Notes under the pieces: generated by a model
Databases searched by the model: none
The model's input: the letters and a program-made list of their open reading frames with translations, nothing else
Told to the model about the DNA's origin: nothing
Source: a phage
Direction: 5' to 3' (one strand)
NCBI GenBank assembly: GCA_020241125.1
Contig: GCA_020241125.1_4708.1
DNA length: 64,000 bases
Position numbers and translations under genes: made by a program
Part shown: in pieces, positions 9,986-17,350 of the stretch
Layout of the letters: each line of letters opens with the position of its first letter
Numbering within the stretch: position 1 is the first letter of the stretch

Positions 9986-10450
9986 TTAAACCAAAGCTGC
10001 GATAACGTCGTTAACATTACGGCCTCGCAACTCTGCCGCTAAACGAATAACTTCATCCAGGGAACGGTTTGTACGAATCTTGGCCACTTTCCAATTTTCA
10101 GGATACTGTTCGAAGTTAAGCAACCAAGTCATTACCTTTGCTTGTTCCATACCGTTGAGTTTGATTGTCGTGCGCGGATTGGCTTTGAACCACTTCTTGC
10201 TCAGCTGCGCCATACGGCGAACAGGGTAAGCGTAAGCGCGAGTCCAGTCTTTGGACAGATTGTCGAGTAATTCACAGTAGCTGTTGTCGTAGTCTTTGTT
10301 GATACGACGTAATAACCAGTTGGCGGTCATCTGATAAAGTTTATCATCTTCACGTAACCGCATACCCGCTACTGCTAAATAAATGATAAGACCTGCGCCC
10401 AGGATGAGAGACAGGATAAACAGAATTTGGGTTTCTTGTGCTAAAGTCAT
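9986..10450 (-). CDS. membrane-anchored protein with single N-terminal TM helix
   Basis: N-terminus ILFILSLILGAGLIIYLAVAG is hydrophobic; early-promoter-like motif B upstream. Confidence 0.5.
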   Translation of the reverse strand: MTLAQETQILFILSLILGAGLIIYLAVAGMRLREDDKLYQMTANWLLRRINKDYDNSYCELLDNLSKDWTRAYAYPVRRMAQLSKKWFKANPRTTIKLNGMEQAKVMTWLLNFEQYPENWKVAKIRTNRSLDEVIRLAAELRGRNVNDVIAALV

Positions 10451-10535
10451 TTTACTATCCTCGGATTTCGTTAGGATTTAATTTCCAATATAAGGGCAAT
10501 GTGATATGCCTTATACAGTCGATTGATGTTGTACA

Positions 10536-10572
10536 TCACTTAAGTAATATAGCCGTGAAAAATGTTGGATTA
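10536..10572 (-). promoter_or_regulatory. early-promoter-like motif, copy B
   Basis: Plus-strand TAAGTAATATAGCCGTGAAAAATGTTGG; minus-strand TATATTAC core about 95 nt upstream of the 10450 start. Confidence 0.45.
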
Positions 10573-11406
10573 ACGTGTTCTCCTATCACGATGCGTATAC
10601 GACTGAAGACCGATGTCCATATGCGGTAACGTCAGCGTCTGCCAGATCTGTCGTGCGTAGCGATCGAGCGTATGATCGTCAGTAACACAATCGACGGGTT
10701 CGATGAGGTGGGTCGTATACTGGCTTTTCTCAGAGAAAGGTTCGATGTTAGCTGTATCGCCTAATCCGCTTTTCACGGTGAAGACAAGACGTGTGACGAT
10801 CATCGCCTTATGCTGCTGTTCATTATAACGAAGGCTGCGGTATACGGCATAGCTTCCTCCCTTTAAGCTTCGGGTATAACGAAGGTCGGAGGTCGTCTCG
10901 GAAATCTGATACAGCATCCAGTCCAACGTATCACGCCAGTACGCATCATCCACATCAGGAACTGTAATACCATACCGCGTAGGTAGCAGTTCTAAAAGCA
11001 ATTTATAAAGTCCGCGACGCAGACCATGCTCTTCTGTTTCCGATAAACCGTTTCCAACGTAACGTGAAATACGTGTACGTAAATACGTACGGATGAACAT
11101 ATTCGCCATCAGTGTTTTCACTCTGCTACTGGTATCCTCAAAGCGATCAACGCTGAAACTCGTTTCAATCAGCCGTCCATTAAAATACAATGCGGCAACA
11201 TACATCGCGTTATTGCTATCACGTTCAATGTTTAAACGACCGCAGATATTAGCCGCGTCGTTCATGGTAAATTCTAATTTATCGTGTTCGATACGATAGA
11301 TAATATCCTCTTGGGTTGCCAGGCTCGCAATGCGACGGTAGCCCGGAGAAGTACGTTTTACACTCATGATTGTCCTCGTTTTCAATTTTAAGATTGCATG
11401 CGGCAT
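10570..11406 (-). CDS. hypothetical protein
   Basis: 278 aa track ORF; TTTATGCCG element and hairpin upstream. Confidence 0.5.
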   Translation of the reverse strand: MPHAILKLKTRTIMSVKRTSPGYRRIASLATQEDIIYRIEHDKLEFTMNDAANICGRLNIERDSNNAMYVAALYFNGRLIETSFSVDRFEDTSSRVKTLMANMFIRTYLRTRISRYVGNGLSETEEHGLRRGLYKLLLELLPTRYGITVPDVDDAYWRDTLDWMLYQISETTSDLRYTRSLKGGSYAVYRSLRYNEQQHKAMIVTRLVFTVKSGLGDTANIEPFSEKSQYTTHLIEPVDCVTDDHTLDRYARQIWQTLTLPHMDIGLQSYTHRDRRTR

Positions 11407-11409
11407 AAA
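11395..11409 (-). promoter_or_regulatory. TATGCCG element downstream of hairpin
   Basis: Minus-strand TTTATGCCGCATG about 45 nt upstream of the 11406 ATG. Confidence 0.3.
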
Positions 11410-11434
11410 CCCTCCCCGCCTTATGCGGGGAGGG
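11410..11434 (-). terminator. stem-loop terminator
   Basis: Perfect 10 bp stem CCCTCCCCGC / GCGGGGAGGG with 5 nt loop; short U-run after it on the minus strand. Confidence 0.5.
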
Positions 11435-11449
11435 CAGCCATTAAATGGA

Positions 11450-12088
11450 TTAACCTAATTTACCACCGGCGATATTGGTGAAATCTTCGCCATCAGGAAC
11501 TTGCAGTAGGATACGTGCCATGTCCCAGTTGGTTAATGTAATTGCTTTATCATCGATACTCAGTTCTGGTAGGTCGAGTTCATGATCATCAAACTCGTAG
11601 GAAATACTCCACGTTTCATCTGTTTTAGGATCGGTTATCAACACACCGTCTGTTACACGCATGTAGTCCGGGTGCAGTTCATTACTGAACGTGCCGAACG
11701 GATCGGTGTAACATTCAGCATACCCCTCGATCTGCTGACGCTGTGCCTTCGTACGTAATTCAGGGCACGCCATGATCAGTTGTCGAGATATGCCGTTTGC
11801 AGCTCGGAAATCCTCCACGGTGTTACATGGCATAACCACATCGTCATGGAAGATGTTCTCCGATTGTCTCAGCAAAGTCTTACGGAGTTCAGCATAGTTT
11901 ATCTGATTGAATGCGTCGAACGTTGCTAACGATTCAGCGTAAAAATGCTTTACGTGTTCGCTTGCGCCGCCGAGGCTATTCATCAGCTTGTGGCCGTACT
12001 CCATAAAGCTTTTATCGAGACCGGAGGACATTTCTCCGAACCTCAGTGCACGATAACTGTCTCGTCCACCTGTAAATATTTGCGCCAT
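11450..12088 (-). CDS. hypothetical protein; possible RNA polymerase beta-prime region F / bridge-helix fragment
   Basis: 212 aa ORF with AGGAGGA 8 nt upstream, starting 15 nt after the exon 2 stop. N-terminus GGRDSYRALRFGEMSSGL loosely resembles beta-prime DSGARGS...AGMRGL; weak similarity only. Confidence 0.45.
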   Translation of the reverse strand: MAQIFTGGRDSYRALRFGEMSSGLDKSFMEYGHKLMNSLGGASEHVKHFYAESLATFDAFNQINYAELRKTLLRQSENIFHDDVVMPCNTVEDFRAANGISRQLIMACPELRTKAQRQQIEGYAECYTDPFGTFSNELHPDYMRVTDGVLITDPKTDETWSISYEFDDHELDLPELSIDDKAITLTNWDMARILLQVPDGEDFTNIAGGKLG

Positions 12089-12103
12089 TACAGGCGTCCT
12101 CCT

Positions 12104-12346
12104 TTAGCAATGGTTGTTAGTTGCTTCTATTTCGTCAAGATAAGGTTCTACGTCATCGCCCTCCACGAATTCGTTGAACCAACAGTCAATAGTGGAAATA
12201 ACCGGTGACTGGTGTTCACATTTCTTAGATACCTTAAAAGGTACGTTATTATCCATCATGCCGAGTTCGGGTCGAAAACGCCCGAAATGTTTCGCAGTCC
12301 AAATGTCTGGGACGATATGGTTGTTCATTGCGTCGCCGTCAAAGTC
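12104..12346 (-). CDS. non-virion-type RNA polymerase beta-prime-like subunit, exon 2
   Basis: Begins DFDGDAMNNH...MMDNN, matching the beta-prime NADFDGDQMAVH and LMMSTNN motifs; track ORF 12104-12349. Confidence 0.65.
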   Translation of the reverse strand, partial: DFDGDAMNNHIVPDIWTAKHFGRFRPELGMMDNNVPFKVSKKCEHQSPVISTIDCWFNEFVEGDDVEPYLDEIEATNNHC

Positions 12347-12696
12347 CACATATCTTCAGTATGAATCGCTACTTCATACCCGCAGCATTACCTGCAGCTC
12401 CTGGTGTTACCAGGACGGAGAGATCATCTCATCACCCACGAAGGGTGTTCCGCGCTACCCTCAGCGAATTCGAGGGACATGATCGTTGAACCTTCCACCG
12501 ATAATCGGTGGCTAGGCTGCTGATTAAACATTGTACGTTGGGGTGGCATCCTGGTTCAGGACTGTCGTTGAAGCCTCCCAACATCCACTCACTTATTTCC
12601 GCCTTATCGGCTCCCATAAGGGCAGAGTGGCTTTAGCCCGTCTCAGCAATTCACGGAATTCAAGCTCTTCCTTTCAGAAGGCAGGGCCTCATCTGA
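12347..12696 (-). other. putative group I self-splicing intron (no ORF) in beta-prime gene
   Basis: About 350 nt between GYNA (exon 1) and DFDGD (exon 2); read-through hits a stop. Exon 1 ends in U, insert ends in G. Contains GGUUCAACGAUCAUG with complementary AGAUGAUC downstream and several compact hairpins including a UUCG tetraloop. Confidence 0.55.
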
Positions 12697-13947
12697 AGCA
12701 TTGTATCCCTTAAGGATCATCACGCTTAACCCGATGGTATTATCCTGCGGATCGCGTTTAACCTTGGTGATTTCAAGACATTGGTTACTGCTTCGGTCAA
12801 GTGATGGGTTTCGAACAAAACCGCACACAATCCCATCGAACGGTGTATCAGCAATAAGCTCATCGTGCAGCTCACTCATCATCGGATGATAATTACGGAC
12901 ATGTTCCGCAACGAACGCACGTGCTGCTCTCGGTGAATAACCACGATGGAATAACTTGGATTGGATATGTTCTTTATTGGTTAAAGTAAATGGTGCGTAT
13001 GGGAAATGCAGATGATAATAACGATGGTTCGCTGTTATCGAACTGATTACAGTACGCGTGGTGAATGGATGTAATGTACCTAATATGTTTTTACGTGTGA
13101 TACCTTTCTTCTTACCGATGAACTCATCGAAAATCGCCGCATGGTATTGCAGTAGCTTCAATTGCACTTTCGCCATCCAGTTTTCTTTCTTTCTGGCGCT
13201 CAAAGGTGTTGTTGGGTGATAGATACTATTCAACGTACCGATAGCATCGATCGCACCTTCCATTTTGCTATCCGCATAACGACCGGTTGGCGTATTCTCG
13301 ATAACGAACATCATGGCCGCAGGAAAGCTGATATACTGACTGAAGAACTTATCACGATGGATACGGATGAATTCTCGTAGCGTATCAACTTTCTCCGTGT
13401 TCTTCGGTCCGCGTAACGTCGGTCCTTTATACAAGATCTCCATGATGCGATCGAAGTTCTGTATAAAACTATTTACACCGCGACGTATCCCGAATACATC
13501 GAATTGCTGCTCCAGATAGTTCTTGAGTTCGATGGGTCGTTTTACATTTGGACGGTAACTGGCATCAATGAGCCACGTCATCGTTTCAAAGCTTTTGATA
13601 TTCAACTCGCTTGCCAGCACGAGATGGACCAACGGGTTAATGAACGCATCAATTCCTTCAGGAACACGCGCCCAAACCGTCGAACGAATCTCTTGTTCTG
13701 CTGGATAGGTTACAACCGTTTTACAGTTCGGACACACCGTGCCGAGCAGCTCACCACGATTGTAGAAACCACAACCACATTGTGGCGTGATATCCAACGT
13801 ATCGCTGGAGTAAACACGGGTGATAAAACTGTTTAATTTCTTCTTCTCTTCGACGACTTTTGTATCGTAATCATTCAACAAAATCGGCGTGAAAGGAAGT
13901 TCTGCGAGCTGTCTATCGAAACTCACGATATCGAGCATGATGGCCAT
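12697..13947 (-). CDS. non-virion-type RNA polymerase beta-prime-like subunit, exon 1
   Basis: Zn-finger CGCGFYNRGELLGTVCPNC; RKNILG...TRTVISS (beta-prime RQNLLGKR..SGRSVI); GFVRNPSLDRSS (NRAPTLHR); ends GYNA. Track ORF 12643-13947 includes intron read-through. Confidence 0.65.
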
Positions 13948-13989
13948 GGGGTATCTCCTACAAATGAAAAAGAACGTTAGGACGTATAA

Positions 13990-14013
13990 GGGAGGGAGGT
14001 TGCCCTCCCTCCC
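13990..14013 (-). terminator. stem-loop, terminator or processing site
   Basis: 10 bp perfect stem GGGAGGGAGG / CCTCCCTCCC with 4 nt loop, between the 631 aa gene stop and the beta-prime gene RBS. Confidence 0.5.
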
Positions 14014-14039
14014 GTCAGATTACATCGAACGTTCTTCCA

Positions 14040-15935
14040 TTAGAACAGGTTGAATGCCCCACCCATGTTGTTAACGCCAACATTCGGACGATCGCTACGT
14101 GCGTAGATGTTACCGGAGATGTTACCCAGACCACGAGCACGTGCTGCCATGTTACCACGAACAGCGGTACCTGCCAGATGCTGGATGTTCTCAGGACGGA
14201 TGGTGAAGCCAGCATCAGCAGCGGCCTCGATCAGCGCCTGCAGTGCTAACGGATCGAAGTCGTAACGCATTGCCCAGCCGGTTTGTTCCCAGCTACCAGA
14301 CAGAACACGATCAATGATTTCGTGACGAGCGACAACACGCTGAGACATCGTCATATCGGTACGGTCGAAGCTGTCTTCCCAAGCTTCTACGGTATCCGGG
14401 TTAGTGATGTTCATCATGTACAGATCGTCCATATCACGAATATCGTGACGGTGACCATCCTGGTGGTTATAATGACCCAGCGGGATACGGTTACCGGTAG
14501 CGTAGACCAGTGGTGCGCCGTACTGATATTTCTTGCTGAAGCAACCCAGGGTAGTATCATCGAAGGCACGGAAGAGTGCTTTGTAACCTTCGGAGATTTC
14601 CCGGACTTCACCTTCAACTTTGCCCGTATAGATCTTCTCAGCCGCCGGGATCATACGCAGCAGCCAGCTGTATTCGCCTTCTTCCGGTACGTCGATAGAA
14701 ATCAGCAGAGACGGATACAGTACCTGTTGCAGGAACTTGTAAATCTGCTCGTTGGTTTGAGTAGACAGATCCAGCGGTGCGGTAACTTCCGGATCCAGTA
14801 CCATCGCCAGAGCACCCGGGTTATGCGGACCAATACCACGAGCAGCGTTGCTGATTAAAGACTGTGCCCACGCCATACCGCTGTTCAGCGTAGCGATGGT
14901 GCCAATCAGACCCAACACGAAAGTGTTCGGCGTGAACGCATCCAGCTCCAGCGGGTAAGCGCTGGTCATCACGTAACGCGGTTGGTATTGTACAGTCGGC
15001 GGTACCGGATAACCGTTAACCAGAACAGGGCCTTGGTTGAAGGTCGGGTTCTGCGGGCTGTAGGTCAGGTCAATGTAACCGGTGGTTGCGACCAGACGCT
15101 GCTGACTATCGTAATCGCTCATCGCTTGACGGATGCGGTTAGAGATAGTTACAGTGATGTCAGAACGCACAGGGTTACCAACAATATCGCTGTCCTGCAT
15201 ACCGCTGGTGTTGTACTGAACGCTGCTGATTGGCTGATCGCTTGCCATCATGCCCAGGTTGAACTGCGGCAGACCCAGTTTATCGCCGAGACGGATTTCG
15301 ATCGCGGTTTGGATTGCGTTATCTGCAGCAGACAGCAGGGTGGTTGCCAGATGCGCAGATTCAGCGGTGATTTCATTGGTCACCACAGCCAGACCAGCGA
15401 TACGAGCAGTACCATTAGACTTACCACCGATAGCTGCATACATTGCCGCCATGACTTCGTTGATGAACGTACCGTTCAGGTTATCAACCCAGGTACGCGG
15501 CACCAGAATGTTACCATGCGGGCCTTGTTCTTCACGACGCGGCAGCGGAGCCAAACCGGCAACCAGTGGAAGCACATAACCGAAGAAGTGGTTATGGTCA
15601 CCAACTTTTGCACCGCTCATAACAACCAGGGTCGGATACGGTACACTGTATTGGTTAGGATCGACGGTCACCATGATGAAGTCGTCTTTGAATCCTTTAT
15701 CTTCCAGTTCTTTTTCCATCAGACGACGGAGATTCAGTACCTGCTCGGAGCCAGTATTACGGCTAATACGACGGCTCAGTGTACGGTTGATCGTACGCAT
15801 CGTATGAGTTACTTTAGGCTGGCCAGCAAAATCTGCAGCGGTTTCCAGCGCCTCATCAGCACGTTGTGCGGTGCGGGTTTCAGCTGCACGAATTTCTACA
15901 TTATCGTTACCGTTATTACGTACGTCTAAGCCCAT
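14040..15935 (-). CDS. hypothetical protein; candidate phage-nucleus shell protein (chimallin-like)
   Basis: 631 aa; AGAGGA RBS; early-promoter-like motif C upstream; sits directly upstream of the beta-prime gene, the arrangement recalled for phiKZ gp54-gp55. No sequence motif verified. Confidence 0.4.
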   Translation of the reverse strand: MGLDVRNNGNDNVEIRAAETRTAQRADEALETAADFAGQPKVTHTMRTINRTLSRRISRNTGSEQVLNLRRLMEKELEDKGFKDDFIMVTVDPNQYSVPYPTLVVMSGAKVGDHNHFFGYVLPLVAGLAPLPRREEQGPHGNILVPRTWVDNLNGTFINEVMAAMYAAIGGKSNGTARIAGLAVVTNEITAESAHLATTLLSAADNAIQTAIEIRLGDKLGLPQFNLGMMASDQPISSVQYNTSGMQDSDIVGNPVRSDITVTISNRIRQAMSDYDSQQRLVATTGYIDLTYSPQNPTFNQGPVLVNGYPVPPTVQYQPRYVMTSAYPLELDAFTPNTFVLGLIGTIATLNSGMAWAQSLISNAARGIGPHNPGALAMVLDPEVTAPLDLSTQTNEQIYKFLQQVLYPSLLISIDVPEEGEYSWLLRMIPAAEKIYTGKVEGEVREISEGYKALFRAFDDTTLGCFSKKYQYGAPLVYATGNRIPLGHYNHQDGHRHDIRDMDDLYMMNITNPDTVEAWEDSFDRTDMTMSQRVVARHEIIDRVLSGSWEQTGWAMRYDFDPLALQALIEAAADAGFTIRPENIQHLAGTAVRGNMAARARGLGNISGNIYARSDRPNVGVNNMGGAFNLF

Positions 15936-16000
15936 TTGGGATTCCTCTTTTCTTAAACTTTATTAAATGACGTCATTGAATCAGCTTCTACTCGCTCATT

Positions 16001-16045
16001 CACCTAGGTAATATAACCCTGAAATTTTTTTCAATATTGGTGTAA
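16001..16045 (-). promoter_or_regulatory. early-promoter-like motif, copy C
   Basis: Plus-strand CACCTAGGTAATATAACCCTGAAATTTTTTTCAATATTGG; minus-strand TATATTACC about 70 nt upstream of the 15935 start. Confidence 0.5.
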
Positions 16046-16189
16046 CCACATTGAACGATATAAACCCCTAGGCGAACGCTGCCGAGAAGCAACATTCTTT
16101 CTACATATAATCAGGATATGTCTGTAAACTTTTACTTCTCTTATTGAGAGTAATGTCATATCCGTTTACCATCTTCTTACGGAGTTCGT

Positions 16190-17284
16190 ATGTTTCGTGT
16201 TTTAAATAACCTCCCGCGAACATCATCGGGTGTGCAACCCGTCCCTCAGAAAGACTATCTAATACGCGAAGTTCAAAGAAACCTACAGACAATCCAGAAC
16301 CACTATCAAGGTTTTACCTTCGCGGTTCAGAGCGATCACATCCTTGCGTTGCTGCTCGCACAGCTCCCTATGAGATACGACATCTCAGTACAAACTTACT
16401 ACGACATGATTCTCGATCTTACTCCAGAATTGGGTAATCGTGTTAAGTTGACAACATCAAGATACGCGGGTAAGTTATTCGACGGTGCTTTCTATCCGGG
16501 ATTGCACGAAGCTATTATCGCAACCGGTGAAAGTCGTCTTATTTCACGTGACGTTCTTGACAACTGGCGTAATTGGTCACCGGTTAGAATCGTGACGCAC
16601 CCATACGCAAATCTTCGTTACATTCCTCTTCACCGAAAGCCGGTTGAAGAAGGACGAGGTTTTGCGGTCATTATGGTTGATGTACCTTTATTAGCGCTAC
16701 AGTATCGAATGTGGTCTTTGGTCATGGGTCATAACGTCGACGGCAAATGGGTGGTTAAAGAACCGGTTACAAGCTTCCTTGCGAGTTTTCCGTTGGTTAA
16801 CGCATTATACTCACACAACGATGTTGTTATACGCAATCGTTGTTTGTGGGTATCTCCGGCTAAGAATCCACTCAAATCACCAATTTACGTTAACGACCTT
16901 GATAACGTATTCAGTCAAGTCGTTCTGTCCGTACAGCATCATTTATTACGAAGAAGACGAAGCTACACCGACATGCTTAAACAGATACCGAGTTTATACG
17001 GGGATCAGTACCAAGCAACCCGAATGGGTTACACCGTCGATCTTCGGCAAACGCGATGGGCAAGGGATCTGGGTTGTCTGTCATTATGGCAACAACTCGT
17101 CACGTTGCAAAACGTATCTGAAAGCGTCGGGTTCAGCAGTCAAATCGATAATGACCTGTACCGTGCTGCCGACCGGAGTCTAAAAGAAGGTAACTGGGAG
17201 TCCTCTCCGTTACCTGGCGATTTAAGACGTGAAGTTATCGCACAGGTTGCCGACCTCTTAAAAATTCTTCCCGCTGGTGCATAA
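16190..17284 (+). CDS. hypothetical protein
   Basis: 364 aa ORF; ACGGAG RBS; followed by hairpin 17305-17334. Confidence 0.55.
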   Translation: MFRVLNNLPRTSSGVQPVPQKDYLIREVQRNLQTIQNHYQGFTFAVQSDHILALLLAQLPMRYDISVQTYYDMILDLTPELGNRVKLTTSRYAGKLFDGAFYPGLHEAIIATGESRLISRDVLDNWRNWSPVRIVTHPYANLRYIPLHRKPVEEGRGFAVIMVDVPLLALQYRMWSLVMGHNVDGKWVVKEPVTSFLASFPLVNALYSHNDVVIRNRCLWVSPAKNPLKSPIYVNDLDNVFSQVVLSVQHHLLRRRRSYTDMLKQIPSLYGDQYQATRMGYTVDLRQTRWARDLGCLSLWQQLVTLQNVSESVGFSSQIDNDLYRAADRSLKEGNWESSPLPGDLRREVIAQVADLLKILPAGA

Positions 17285-17304
17285 TAACCTCCCTCCTCCC
17301 TTGC

Positions 17305-17334
17305 ATCCTCCCAACCCGTAAGGGAAGGGAGGAT
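17305..17334. terminator. bidirectional stem-loop terminator between convergent genes
   Basis: ATCCTCCC / GGGAGGAT 8 bp stem enclosing inner CCC-GTAA-GGG; pyrimidine run upstream. Confidence 0.5.
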
Positions 17335-17350
17335 GGGGTGGTGGGTTATG

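Noticed and set aside
12347-12360. AAGAUAUGUG at the very 3' end of the insert, resembling the group I S element (AAGAUAUAGUCC)
   Set aside because: The S element normally lies upstream of P9, not at the splice junction, and its partner R element would be about 220 nt away. A better R/S-like pair exists internally, so this match is treated as coincidence; it does not affect the intron call.
14982-15929. Long antisense ORFs inside large genes (14982-15929 +, 14283-14858 +, 48961-49461 +, 33212-33607 +, 41579-42235 - and similar)
   Set aside because: They lie opposite longer ORFs with recognisable motifs or strong RBSs, have Arg/Cys-rich junk-like composition, and lack ribosome-binding sites; treated as shadow ORFs.
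16100-16125. Sigma-70-like TATAAT hexamer in the divergent region upstream of 16190
   Set aside because: The putative -35 region matches poorly, and phiKZ-type phages are thought to transcribe independently of host polymerase; a single hexamer is not evidence.
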